Of a DNA stretch of 64,000 bases, positions 8,901-17,552 are shown piece after piece. Origin of the DNA: Candidatus Omnitrophota bacterium. GTDB taxonomy: Bacteria > Omnitrophota > Gorgyraeia > Zapsychrales > JANLHA01. Under the pieces are notes generated by a model. The model was not told the DNA's origin, ran no database searches, and saw only the letters and a program-made list of their open reading frames with translations. The translations under genes and the position numbers were made by a program. Positions within the stretch are counted from its first letter, which is position 1; every line of letters starts with the position of its first letter. Location: contig JAHFFT010000009.1 in NCBI GenBank assembly GCA_023247795.1, positions 578 through 64,577 of the forward strand, written 5' to 3'.

Positions 8901-9793
8901 CCTTAAAAAATCAAAATATAGGAGTCATCACCTTTGATAAGTATGATCGATTATCAGGGGACTACGGTGAATGGGGGCGAGATTTTCAACGAAATGCTTT
9001 AATCGCCCAAAAAAATGCTCTTAACAATTTAGTCGTCGTACGGGCGGATCAAAGAATGCTGCGTTACTTGCCTTTAAATGCTGTGGATGATATTTTATTT
9101 GTCAACCCCAATTTTCTGCTTGCCGAAATAAAATTGGATAAAGAAACGCAGAGGCCTTTAAAACCCAATGGAAGGATTCTACAAAAACCATATGATCACC
9201 GGCAATTTATTGACCGAGGAACTCTTGAGGCTATATTAGCCGTTGAGCCAGATTTTTTTAACGCAGTTGCCCTTGCCAAAAAAAGATCCAAATTTCCAAT
9301 CCATGTGCTGGGAAGAGATTTTCAACCGCCTTATGATCCTCATGAAAGATCTCTCCCTGGCATTATTCGAATTAAGGGTCCCCAAGAAGAAATTATTCAA
9401 GGATATACTTTTACAAATCTGAATACCAGTATCCTTTATGGCGTGGATATCGAACCCCTGGCCTGGCAAAATAGAGGAGAAACATTATATGAGTGGCGGA
9501 AAGAACATGTGCCAATAAAACCTATGAGTGACAAACTCTTATTATCCAGTCCAACAGCCGCTTCTGAAACAAATGACTTTCAAAAAGGTGGTATTGACCT
9601 CAATCCCATCCGATCTCAGTTGGATGTCAAAGGCAATGAACAAAAACCGGTTTTTAATTTCAATCTGAACGATTTGAAAAAAATCAACATTGAAGGGTTA
9701 AGTCCGTTTATTATCAACATCTCCCCCATCACAAACCTTCCTTTGTTCTTGAGTTATCAAGAAGAAGATCAACAACCGAGTGAAATCCGCTAA
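5948..9793 (+). CDS. Large secreted or membrane-anchored multidomain protein with a gluzincin-like HExxH..E motif and a C-terminal class I SAM-methyltransferase-like domain
   Basis: N-terminal hydrophobic signal peptide (cleavage site ...PLANA-QE). HEWLHHFFEGFEAKWLDEGTIEY at ~aa 590 resembles HExxH...WLNEGFATY of M1/gluzincin peptidases. LEVGGGTTKVAHALA...ITFDKYD...AVDDILFVNPNF...KPNGRIL carries Rossmann MTase motifs I, II, IV-like and III. Confidence 0.55.
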   Translation: MNFSRNKSYFLFKPLAYFVLWFFLLNNLMPIPLANAQEIFSLPKPNVMLGLSSPFTPVILKGLKVNTHNPFEFDFIIDSGSNKLQVNAVGDQNEHIQQQLKPESEKLIKYFLASLTIPEDDLWVNLSVYESGKIVPAQLGQTEMGRDLLAQDYLLKQLSSSLLYPENEIGKKFWERVYQKVYEKFGRTDVPINTFNKIWIVPEKAVVYENGANAFVVESSLKVMLEEDYLAKQEEGKSNPIAKIQQDDTSTLSSQIVRDVMIPAIEQEVNEGALFSQLRQIYSALILATWYKKALKESLISQIYVDQKKVKGVETNDPGVINKIYDQYVQAFKEGVYNFIKEDYDPYTKENIPRKYFSGGLTLKLKDKEQYVTTLGHQNSTDLFSVHAGTNGLAPSGVIPLSNDIIREMKLKPLDGSLELNSQNFGLNITPKTNDVFMFTSTKNDEITELENHCREFVDQNLDRVLKKFHVPGKLQTRSKVLLIQEMVDIKMTDDPDLSDELILEYVIVEFVEKDVDFLKNTRVPDDTEIKITNKALKMLEAINEKWKLPDAPTVSIVMSSNFKDKVNGRYVDLFHTMVIKEDLSEDEMLETILHEWLHHFFEGFEAKWLDEGTIEYLTIKLLIENNALPQQPKQMPEWSDKIEKMVFGKLFELGKIGPVSQYIVSHYLNQGTVSYPIYTIIVEYLVEQILPKLNMDLPSFLSDFKFGRKTKIFEQLTSNSRNSLFELIEQAQNSKNFYDWPENILISTEQRAQMEQIIASIVKTHPWALKAPHVVKHVTDVLNLLLLTHQTVMSSDGVLQITREHFQNLLELQERMRAANQAGDKQTRAQLENELARMENDFDDKLNEIGRAPIDLLMLGKDGEPASAMENQGVSEEPSDQFKSKLKHTIRNLDPETKIFETGMTIGGLKTIFGIEDDLEMAHVDDFRIKNLNPKYIDLVSYLGAKEFNNSLESILKIIYILENYPHILLEVGGGTTKVAHALALKNQNIGVITFDKYDRLSGDYGEWGRDFQRNALIAQKNALNNLVVVRADQRMLRYLPLNAVDDILFVNPNFLLAEIKLDKETQRPLKPNGRILQKPYDHRQFIDRGTLEAILAVEPDFFNAVALAKKRSKFPIHVLGRDFQPPYDPHERSLPGIIRIKGPQEEIIQGYTFTNLNTSILYGVDIEPLAWQNRGETLYEWRKEHVPIKPMSDKLLLSSPTAASETNDFQKGGIDLNPIRSQLDVKGNEQKPVFNFNLNDLKKINIEGLSPFIINISPITNLPLFLSYQEEDQQPSEIR

Positions 9794-9892
9794 TGACCTC
9801 TCATTTGGGTTAGATCTCTTCCTCAACTTAAATTGACAAACAATTCAACACTGTGTTATCATTCGATATTCTTTATTTCTAGAAGGAAAAAT

Positions 9893-11026
9893 ATGGGTAA
9901 AAATTCAGTCGGAATCGTTAAAACTCAATATTTCGAATGCTGTGAATCGCCGCAAGAACTCAAACTCAAGGGCGGGCAGCGACTTGGGCCCATCACCGTC
10001 GCCTACGAAACCTACGGCAATTTAAACAACCAAAAATCAAACGCCATCCTCATTTTTCATGCCCTGAGCGGAGACGCGCATGCCGCTGGATGGCATGAAG
10101 AGGCCAAAAACCCGGGTTGGTGGGACGGCATGATCGGTCCCGGCAAGGCCTTTGACACCAACAAATATTTTGTCATCTGTGCGAATGTCCTCGGAAGTTG
10201 TAAAGGAAGCACCGGACCAGCTTCGATCAATCCCAAAACCGGCAAACCTTACGGCCTAAGTTTTCCCGTTGTGACAATCGAAGACATGGTGGAAGTGCAG
10301 AAATTACTCATCGACCATTTAGGGATCAAAAAATTATTGTCAACGGCCGGAGGATCCATGGGAGGGCTTTTGGCCTTAAAATGGTCAGTCCTTTATCCGG
10401 AAACAACTGCCTCGGTCATCACCATTGCGACAAATCACCGGCACACCGCCCAGCAGATTGCCTTGCATGAAGTCTGCCGCCAGGCGATCATGTCTGATCC
10501 CGACTGGCAGGGAGGAGATTACTATGGAAAATCCATTCCGGCGCGAGGTTTGGCCCTATCGCGCATGATTGGGCACATCACGTACATGAGTGAAAAATCC
10601 ATGGATGATAAATTCGGCCGTAAACTGATTGGTAAAGAAAAAGTCGGATACGATTTTACTCAAGATTTTGAAGTTGAAAATTATCTCAAATACCGCGGGG
10701 ACAGTTTTGTCCAACGGTTTGACGCCAATTCTTATCTTTACTTAACAAAAACGCTCGACTATTTTGATTTGGCTGAGGAAGGGGCCCTGGTCTCAACGTT
10801 TCGCAACGTAACTGCCAATTTTTTAGTCATCTCCTTTTCTTCCGACTGGCTTTACCCGTCCTATCAATCAACCGAACTCGTCCGCGCGTTGAAAGCGAAT
10901 GATATCGATGTTTCTAACATCGAAATCAATACCAATTATGGCCACGATTCTTTCTTAGTTGAAATTGAAGGGCAGTCAAAATTGATTTCGCACTTTTTAA
11001 CCCGTTTAGAGAAAAAGCACCTGTAA
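9893..11026 (+). CDS. metX: Homoserine O-acetyltransferase MetX
   Basis: SVGIV...YETYG, alpha/beta hydrolase GGSMGG nucleophile elbow, HDSFL. Start chosen at the ATG at 9893, which follows a gaagga Shine-Dalgarno sequence; ORF 9833 is an N-terminal over-extension. Confidence 0.85.
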   Translation: MGKNSVGIVKTQYFECCESPQELKLKGGQRLGPITVAYETYGNLNNQKSNAILIFHALSGDAHAAGWHEEAKNPGWWDGMIGPGKAFDTNKYFVICANVLGSCKGSTGPASINPKTGKPYGLSFPVVTIEDMVEVQKLLIDHLGIKKLLSTAGGSMGGLLALKWSVLYPETTASVITIATNHRHTAQQIALHEVCRQAIMSDPDWQGGDYYGKSIPARGLALSRMIGHITYMSEKSMDDKFGRKLIGKEKVGYDFTQDFEVENYLKYRGDSFVQRFDANSYLYLTKTLDYFDLAEEGALVSTFRNVTANFLVISFSSDWLYPSYQSTELVRALKANDIDVSNIEINTNYGHDSFLVEIEGQSKLISHFLTRLEKKHL

Positions 11027-11029
11027 AAA

Positions 11030-11623
11030 ATGAGCCACTCAGACCGACTAGATTATCAGATTATCTTGGATTTCATCGAACCCAACTCCCGGGTCCTTGA
11101 CTTGGGCTGCGGCGACGGAGAACTCTTGGCGCTGTTAATCGAACAAAAAAAATGTCACGGCACCGGAATCGAAATCGATGAAAAAGCGATTTACCGTTGC
11201 ATGGCAAAAGGCCTCACCGTTTCTCATGGTGATATCAATTCCGGATTGGCCGATTATTCAAACAAACGCTTTGACTATGTGATCCTCAATGAAAGCCTGC
11301 AACAGATCCTGAATTTACAAAAAGTGATTTTAGAAGCGCTGCGGGTCGGAAAGAAAGTCATTGTTGGGGTCCCGAACTTTTGTCATTGGAGAGGCCGTCT
11401 GCAGGTTTTATTCAACGGACAGGTTCCCGTCACCAAAAAACTTCCCTTTGAATGGTACAATACACCCAACGTCCGCTTTTTTAGCATCAAAGATTTTCAA
11501 AATTTCTGTCTGATGAATAAAATTAAAGTCCTCGACCATAAAGCACTTGCTGACGATAACCTGGTATCATTTTTTCCGAACCTTTTTGCCCATATCGGAA
11601 TATTTTTATTGTCCAAAGACTAA
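11030..11623 (+). CDS. metW: Methionine biosynthesis protein MetW
   Basis: 197 aa with LDLGCGDGELL motif I, immediately downstream of metX. Confidence 0.85.
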   Translation: MSHSDRLDYQIILDFIEPNSRVLDLGCGDGELLALLIEQKKCHGTGIEIDEKAIYRCMAKGLTVSHGDINSGLADYSNKRFDYVILNESLQQILNLQKVILEALRVGKKVIVGVPNFCHWRGRLQVLFNGQVPVTKKLPFEWYNTPNVRFFSIKDFQNFCLMNKIKVLDHKALADDNLVSFFPNLFAHIGIFLLSKD

Positions 11624-11629
11624 TGGAAA

Positions 11630-11715
11630 CCCCTCGGAGGCTGCTGGGCCGCAGCCTCCTGGGGTAAATTCGCGCAGGCTGAGTTGACGTCGCTGACGCT
11701 CCGTAACTCAGGCGC
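11630..11715 (+). terminator. Two consecutive GC-rich hairpins in the metW 3' region (possible terminator or structured RNA)
   Basis: cccctcggaggctgc-tgggcc-gcagcctcctgggg (11630-11664), then gcgcaggctgagtt...aactcaggcgc (11672-11715). GC-rich in an AT-biased genome. Confidence 0.45.
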
Positions 11716-11733
11716 TCATTTAAAGGAGACCCC

Positions 11734-11913
11734 ATGCCTTATATCAACCTCAAACTCGTTGGAAAACTCACCAAAGAACAAAAGAATGAAATCGCCAAAC
11801 AATTTTCAGAGACCTTATTGAAAGTGGCCAATAAACCGAAAGACCATACCTATCTGGTCATTGATGAAGTGTCTGGTGAAAATTGGGCGGTGGGAGAAAA
11901 ACTTTTTGCTTAA
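11734..11913 (+). CDS. 4-oxalocrotonate tautomerase-family small protein (59 aa, N-terminal Pro1)
   Basis: Hand translation gives MPYINLKLVGKLTKEQKNEIAKQFSETLLKVANKPKDHTYLVIDEVSGENWAVGEKLFA. aaaggagac precedes the ATG. The ORF is absent from the ORF track because it is under 60 aa. Confidence 0.65.
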   Translation: MPYINLKLVGKLTKEQKNEIAKQFSETLLKVANKPKDHTYLVIDEVSGENWAVGEKLFA

Positions 11914-11949
11914 CGACGGTAGCCCGAAATGGGTGCTGTGTGTTGCGCG

Positions 11950-12183
11950 TTAATGAAAATTTTTATGAGTGCCGTCACAATAGGGTGGAGTGGACGTCGC
12001 TTTGCAGCCGCACCAGGCAACCTTTTTCTTTTCTGTTATTTGAACAACTTTAGGAAGCATGCCGGTATCGCCATGCGTGCCATCGCAAAAGGGTTGCTTT
12101 TGCGATTTACCGCAGCTGCACCAGGCGTACGAGCGAGGCTCAGCGTCTAGAATAAAGGGATGATAAATTAATTCTCCTGACAT
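11950..12183 (-). CDS. CDGSH iron-sulfur domain protein with two CDGSH motifs
   Basis: Two copies of C-x-C-G-x-S-x3-P-x-CDG(T/S)H: WCSCGKSQKQPFCDGTH and WCGCKATSTPPYCDGTH. Confidence 0.8.
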   Translation of the reverse strand: MSGELIYHPFILDAEPRSYAWCSCGKSQKQPFCDGTHGDTGMLPKVVQITEKKKVAWCGCKATSTPPYCDGTHKNFH

Positions 12184-12189
12184 AGAAAC

Positions 12190-12441
12190 TCAAAAGGCGT
12201 TATGAGTGCCATCACAAAAAGGCTTATCGACTGTATGTTTGCAGCCACACCAAGCAACGGTTTGCGTGCCTTCAATTTTTACAACCATCGGCCGAAACTC
12301 GCTGCCGCGATGAGATCCATCACAAAACGGTTGGTTCTTTGAGTTACCACACGCGCACCAGGCATAACTGCCAGGTTCCATCTTCAAAACAAAAGGGGAA
12401 TTTTTGGCAATATTTGGTTCACTCATTTTTAACCTCCTCAT
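12190..12441 (-). CDS. CDGSH iron-sulfur domain protein, tandem paralog with two CDGSH motifs
   Basis: WCACGNSKNQPFCDGSH and WCGCKHTVDKPFCDGTH. An AGGAGG Shine-Dalgarno sequence lies upstream on the - strand. Confidence 0.8.
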   Translation of the reverse strand: MRRLKMSEPNIAKNSPFVLKMEPGSYAWCACGNSKNQPFCDGSHRGSEFRPMVVKIEGTQTVAWCGCKHTVDKPFCDGTHNAF

Positions 12442-12526
12442 TTATTTTTGTAATTGTAGGAGAAAATCTTAGACAAGTCAATAAGCGGATGGAGACAGTC
12501 CCTAAAGGGAGGGTCACCCGGTTATC

Positions 12527-13720
12527 ATGAAAAAAACACAATATCTCATCATCGGGGCAGGTATTATCGGACTTTCCATTGCCCGCGCGCTCAAAAAACG
12601 CGATGCCTCCGGCAAAATCTTAATCATTGAAAAAGAACAAGATACTGCCCAACATGCTTCGGGCCGTAACAGTGGAGTTCTGCACGCTGGATTTTACTAT
12701 ACAGCCAACAGCTTAAAAGCGCGGTTTACGGTGGATGGGAATCGTCTCCTTAAAGAATACTGCCGGGAGAAAGGACTGCCGTTGAATGAATGTGGAAAAT
12801 TGGTTGTGGCGATGGATGACGCCGAGCTGCAAATCCTTTATGAGTTGGAAAAACGCGGTGTTCGTAACGGCGTTAAGGTTGAATTGATTGACGCGGCAGC
12901 CGCGAAAGAAATTGAACCAAATGTCAAAACGCATCAAAAAGCCTTGTATTCTCCAACGACGGCGAGCGTTGATCCGATCAAAGTCTGTCAGAGCTTAAAA
13001 GAGGATTTGAAACAACAGGGCGTTGAATTCCAATGGCAGGTGAGTTATGTCCGCCGCGAAAAGGGCACGGTTGAAACCAATCAAGGCGAAATCGAAGCTA
13101 AACAAGTGATCAATTGCGCTGGCCTCTACGCCGACAAAATCGCCCAAGATTTCGACTTTGGCCATGATTATACCATCATGCCTTTCAAAGGGCTTTATCT
13201 GAAATACAAAACCAATAAAACTGCTATCAAAACAAATATTTATCCCGTACCAAATTTACGAAACCCGTTTCTCGGGGTCCATTTCACCAAAACGGTTTAT
13301 GGTGACATCAAGATCGGCCCGACCGCTATTCCGGCCTTTTGGCGGGAAAACTATCAAGGATTTACAAATTTTCAAAGTAAGGAATTTCTGCAAATCATGG
13401 GTTATCAGAGCCAATTGCTGCTTAAAAACCGGTTTCATTTTCGAAACTTGGCTGTTGAAGAGATGAAAAAACACCAAAAATCATATTTTGTTGGCCTGGC
13501 CGCAAAACTGGTACAGCAGATTGACGCTGAAGGTTTTAGCGAATATACCAAACCCGGCATCCGCGCCCAGCTGCTCGATCGTAACACGCTTGAGCTGGTC
13601 CAGGATTTTGTCGTTGAAGGGGACGCTCACTCGGTCCACGTCTTAAACGCGGTTTCGCCTGCCTTTACCTGTGCCTTTCCGTTTGCTGAGCATATTGTCA
13701 GCCAATATTGTCCTGCTTGA
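12527..13720 (+). CDS. lhgO: L-2-hydroxyglutarate oxidase/dehydrogenase LhgO-family FAD oxidoreductase
   Basis: IIGAGIIGLSIA dinucleotide fold, then HASGRNSGVLHAGFYY...SLKARF, which is characteristic of LhgO. Confidence 0.75.
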   Translation: MKKTQYLIIGAGIIGLSIARALKKRDASGKILIIEKEQDTAQHASGRNSGVLHAGFYYTANSLKARFTVDGNRLLKEYCREKGLPLNECGKLVVAMDDAELQILYELEKRGVRNGVKVELIDAAAAKEIEPNVKTHQKALYSPTTASVDPIKVCQSLKEDLKQQGVEFQWQVSYVRREKGTVETNQGEIEAKQVINCAGLYADKIAQDFDFGHDYTIMPFKGLYLKYKTNKTAIKTNIYPVPNLRNPFLGVHFTKTVYGDIKIGPTAIPAFWRENYQGFTNFQSKEFLQIMGYQSQLLLKNRFHFRNLAVEEMKKHQKSYFVGLAAKLVQQIDAEGFSEYTKPGIRAQLLDRNTLELVQDFVVEGDAHSVHVLNAVSPAFTCAFPFAEHIVSQYCPA

Positions 13721-13859
13721 CTCAAGTCTCACGGTATTGTACACTTTAAATAAGCTGAAAAACGAATTATATCTTGACTTTTTGCTCTAGTTCGTTATGA
13801 TTTAGTTTAGCGGTCTTTAGAAATTAGCACGGAATTATGTCAAAAATAAGGAGTTACGC

Positions 13860-14423
13860 ATGAATTACCGAATCATGATTCAAGGAACACCCAATCCTAA
13901 TGCTTTAAAATTTGTCTTAAATGTTCCCGTAAAAAGCGCTGGAAACGTAACCTATAAATCCGCCCAAGATTGCGAGTTCAATCCTTTAGCGAAAAAAATT
14001 TTTGACGTCAGTCCTGACATCAAAGAGGTCTATTTTTTTGATAACTACATTACCGTCACTCAAAACGGCAACTCCGATTGGAACAATATTGAGGAGCTTG
14101 TGCAAAAAACCATTCTCGATAACGTTGCTCAACATAATCCTAATTTTATGGATGTTCAAAAGCAAACATCACCGCAACTGCAAGCCAATACCGATGACCC
14201 TGAACTGGCCAAGATTGGTGCCATTTTGGATCAAACCGTGCGCCCGGCGCTGCAGGCCGACGGAGGGGATTTGCAGCTGATTGAATTGCGTGACAATGTT
14301 TTAAAAATCAATTACCAAGGTGCCTGTGGCTCCTGCCCAAGTTCGACGATGGGAACGCTCAAAGCGATTGAAGAATTGCTTAAGTCGGAATACAACCCTA
14401 ATATCAAACTTGAAGCGGCTTAA
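13860..14423 (+). CDS. nfuA: Nfu/NifU-like Fe-S cluster carrier (Nfu N-terminal and NifU C-terminal domains)
   Basis: C-terminal GACGSCPSS CxxC motif and an Nfu_N-like N-terminal half. Confidence 0.75.
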   Translation: MNYRIMIQGTPNPNALKFVLNVPVKSAGNVTYKSAQDCEFNPLAKKIFDVSPDIKEVYFFDNYITVTQNGNSDWNNIEELVQKTILDNVAQHNPNFMDVQKQTSPQLQANTDDPELAKIGAILDQTVRPALQADGGDLQLIELRDNVLKINYQGACGSCPSSTMGTLKAIEELLKSEYNPNIKLEAA

Positions 14424-14439
14424 GATTGAAAAAAAACTT

Positions 14440-14814
14440 ATGACAAATCGTGCTGATTTAGCGCAAATGAAATGTGAGCCCTGTGAAGGAAAGACGGCTG
14501 CCTTCACGAAAAAGCAGGTGCTAGAGTATCTGACCGGTACGCCGGCATGGCGATTGGATATAAAAAACAATTCCATTTCACGCAATTTTCTTATGAAAAA
14601 TTTTTTGTCGGCGGTGAAATTCATTAATGAGGTTGCAGATATTGCTGAGGCTGACAACCATCATCCCGATGTCCATTTGACTGGATACCGGAATTTAAAA
14701 ATAGAATTGAGCACCCATGCGATTGGCGGATTGTCAGAAAGCGATTTTATTGTTGCGGCAAAGATCGACCGGCTACAACCGGAACTGAAGGCCGAAAGAA
14801 AAGCCCATGTTTAA
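14440..14814 (+). CDS. Pterin-4a-carbinolamine dehydratase (PCD/DCoH)
   Basis: EADNHHPDVHLTGY signature. The ATG at 14440 is in the frame of ORF 14320; the upstream part overlaps nfu and is treated as an over-extension. Confidence 0.75.
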   Translation: MTNRADLAQMKCEPCEGKTAAFTKKQVLEYLTGTPAWRLDIKNNSISRNFLMKNFLSAVKFINEVADIAEADNHHPDVHLTGYRNLKIELSTHAIGGLSESDFIVAAKIDRLQPELKAERKAHV

Positions 14815-15262
14815 AATCAACCGAAAAATCGAATACGCCTTAATCGCCCTTAAGCACATGAGCCATAAATCACCAGGACAGCTGACCTCCGCCAAAGAAA
14901 TCTGCGATCTTTATCATACACCCTTTGACCCAACGTCGCGGGTATTGCAAATCATGTCGCAGCATGAGGTGGTCCGAGCGGAACAAGGGGCCTATGGCGG
15001 TTATCAGATCGTAAAAGATTTAAAAAAAGTCACCTTGGGTGAGCTTTGTGACATGATTTCCGGACCGATTCAAATCGCCAGCTGTTTTTCCGGTGATTAT
15101 TCCCACTGCGAATTGAACACCTATTGCAGTGTCATTGGCCCGATGTTGAACCTGAATGAAAAAATCTCAGCACTTTTCGGTCAAATCAAGATCGCTGATT
15201 TGATCGAACGCAAGCATCTCGGCGAAAAATCGATCCGCGAAAAGCCGACAGCAGAAAAATAA
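14807..15262 (+). CDS. Rrf2-family transcriptional regulator (IscR/SufR-like) leading the suf operon
   Basis: [13 protein letters not shown]-terminal winged helix-turn-helix typical of Rrf2. Cys residues are consistent with an Fe-S-sensing regulator. Confidence 0.8.
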   Translation: MFKINRKIEYALIALKHMSHKSPGQLTSAKEICDLYHTPFDPTSRVLQIMSQHEVVRAEQGAYGGYQIVKDLKKVTLGELCDMISGPIQIASCFSGDYSHCELNTYCSVIGPMLNLNEKISALFGQIKIADLIERKHLGEKSIREKPTAEK

Positions 15263-15269
15263 GGAGTTC

Positions 15270-16751
15270 ATGATGGTGAAAGCTTCTGAAGAAAAATTAC
15301 TCAATGAGAAAACCATTGAGGAAAATAGCCTGTCCCGTCGAGATTACAAATACGGATTCGTCACGGACATTGAAACCGAACGCATCCCTATGGGGCTGAA
15401 TGAAGACATCATTGCTCTGATCGCGGAAAAGAAAAATGAGCCGCAATGGATGCTGGAGTGGCGCTTGAAGGCCTATCGGCATTGGACAAAAATGAAAGAA
15501 CCGCATTGGCCAAATTTTCATTACGACCCGATCGATTATCAAGCCTTGAGTTATTACACCTCACCCAAATGGAAAAAAGACCAACAGCCTAAAAATTTGG
15601 ATGAGGTTGATCCGGAACTGTTGAAAACGTTTGAACGTTTAGGGATCCCTTTGACCGAACAAAAACGCTTAAGCGGTGTGGCAGTGGATGCGGTGTTTGA
15701 CAGCGTTTCCGTAGGAACAACGCATCAATCCGAACTGGAAAAGCACGGTGTCATTTTCTGTTCAGTGAGTGAGGCGGTGAAAACTCATCCGGAACTGGTT
15801 AAAAAATATCTGGGCAGTGTTGTGCCCTACACCGACAATTTCTTTGCCGCCCTCAATTCGGCAGTGTTCAGCGATGGTTCCTTCTGCTATATCCCAAAAG
15901 GAGTGCGCTGCCCGTTGGATTTATCCACTTATTTTCGCATCAATGCCGCGGAAACCGGTCAGTTCGAGCGTACCTTGATCGTTGCCGAAGAGGGGAGTTA
16001 CGTAAGCTACCTGGAAGGCTGCACAGCACCGATGCGAGAGCAAAACCAATTGCATGCCGCGGTTGTCGAACTCATCGCTTTAGATAACGCCGAGATCAAA
16101 TATTCGACCGTGCAGAACTGGTATGCCGGTGACAAACAAGGAATAGGCGGCATTTACAACTTCGTCACCAAACGCGGAAAATGCCTTGGTCATCACTCCA
16201 AAATTTCCTGGACGCAGGTTGAGGCTGGTTCGGCCATCACCTGGAAATACCCCAGTGTCATTTTGCAAGGGGATGATTCGATTGGTAAATTTTATTCCGT
16301 TGCCTTGACCAACAACCGTATGCGGGCAGATACCGGAACCAAAATGATCCATATCGGTAAGAACACCAAAAGCACCATCATCTCCAAAGGGATCTCGACC
16401 GATGAGTCCAATAACAATTACCGCGGGCTGGTGAAAGTGCTGCCGTCTGCGGATAATGCGCGAAATTTTTCGCAATGCGACTCGATGCTGGTCGGTAATA
16501 AATGCAGTGCCAATACCTTTCCGTATATCGAAGTAAAAAATAGCACGGCCACATTAGAGCATGAGGCCTCAACTTCTAAAATCAATGCCGATCAAATTTT
16601 TTATCTGCAATCACGCGGGTTGGATTTGGAAGGGGCCATCTCTTTGATCATCAACGGTTTTTGTAAGGAGGTCTTCAAAGAACTTCCTCTGGAATTCGCC
16701 GTCGAGGCGGTCAAACTTTTAGAAATGAAATTGGAAGGAAGTGTTGGTTAA
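15270..16751 (+). CDS. sufB: Fe-S cluster assembly protein SufB
   Basis: 493 aa with SufB/SufD-family conserved C-terminal region, in a suf operon context. Confidence 0.9.
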   Translation: MMVKASEEKLLNEKTIEENSLSRRDYKYGFVTDIETERIPMGLNEDIIALIAEKKNEPQWMLEWRLKAYRHWTKMKEPHWPNFHYDPIDYQALSYYTSPKWKKDQQPKNLDEVDPELLKTFERLGIPLTEQKRLSGVAVDAVFDSVSVGTTHQSELEKHGVIFCSVSEAVKTHPELVKKYLGSVVPYTDNFFAALNSAVFSDGSFCYIPKGVRCPLDLSTYFRINAAETGQFERTLIVAEEGSYVSYLEGCTAPMREQNQLHAAVVELIALDNAEIKYSTVQNWYAGDKQGIGGIYNFVTKRGKCLGHHSKISWTQVEAGSAITWKYPSVILQGDDSIGKFYSVALTNNRMRADTGTKMIHIGKNTKSTIISKGISTDESNNNYRGLVKVLPSADNARNFSQCDSMLVGNKCSANTFPYIEVKNSTATLEHEASTSKINADQIFYLQSRGLDLEGAISLIINGFCKEVFKELPLEFAVEAVKLLEMKLEGSVG

Positions 16752-16778
16752 CCCATTAACGAAAGAGGTTCTAAGTCG

Positions 16779-17531
16779 ATGTTAGAAATCAAGAATTTGT
16801 ATGCCGGGATCAAAGGCATAACGATATTAAAAGGGATCAATTTGACCATCAACCCCGGTGAGATTCATGCCATCATGGGACCAAACGGATCGGGAAAGAG
16901 CACGCTCGCTAAAGTCATCTGTGGCCATCCGGATTATGAAGTCACGGCCGGGGAAATCCTTTACGAAATTGATTTTAAAAAGAAGGACATCCTTGAGATG
17001 GACCCGGAAGAGCGGGCCCGCGAAGGGATATTCCTGGCCTTTCAGTATCCGGTCGAAATCCCCGGAGTCAATTCGGCATCATTTTTACGAGCCGCCTTCA
17101 ATGAGGTCTGTCGTCACCATGGCGTTGAGGAGATGGATCCCGCTTCTTTTGATGATTATCTGCGAAAAAAAATGAAACTCTTAGGCATGGATGAAAAATT
17201 CCTTAACCGCCCCTTGAACGTGGATTTTTCCGGTGGAGAAAAAAAACGAAATGAAATCCTGCAGATGGCGATCTTAAATCCGCGTTTTTCCGTCTTGGAC
17301 GAGACCGATTCCGGGCTTGATATTGATTCCATGCGTGTGGTGGCGGAAGGGGTCAACAAACTTAAAACCAAAAAAAATGCGACACTCGTTATTACCCATT
17401 ATCAAAGACTGTTGAATTATATCGTTCCCGATGTTGTTCATATCTTGCAGGATGGAAAAATCGTCAAGTCCGAAGGTAAGGAACTGGCCATGCAGGTCGA
17501 AGAAAAAGGTTACGATTGGATAAAAAGTTAA
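16779..17531 (+). CDS. sufC: Fe-S cluster assembly ATPase SufC
   Basis: Walker A GPNGSGKST, ABC signature LSGGEKKR. Confidence 0.9.
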   Translation: MLEIKNLYAGIKGITILKGINLTINPGEIHAIMGPNGSGKSTLAKVICGHPDYEVTAGEILYEIDFKKKDILEMDPEERAREGIFLAFQYPVEIPGVNSASFLRAAFNEVCRHHGVEEMDPASFDDYLRKKMKLLGMDEKFLNRPLNVDFSGGEKKRNEILQMAILNPRFSVLDETDSGLDIDSMRVVAEGVNKLKTKKNATLVITHYQRLLNYIVPDVVHILQDGKIVKSEGKELAMQVEEKGYDWIKS

Positions 17532-17552
17532 ATCTTGCTCAAGGGATTAACA

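Noticed and set aside
9794-9892. Possible SAM (S-box) riboswitch upstream of metX
   Set aside because: The leader is only ~100 nt. I could not find the conserved S-box helices or a kink-turn; it looks like a plain sigma70 promoter plus Shine-Dalgarno sequence.
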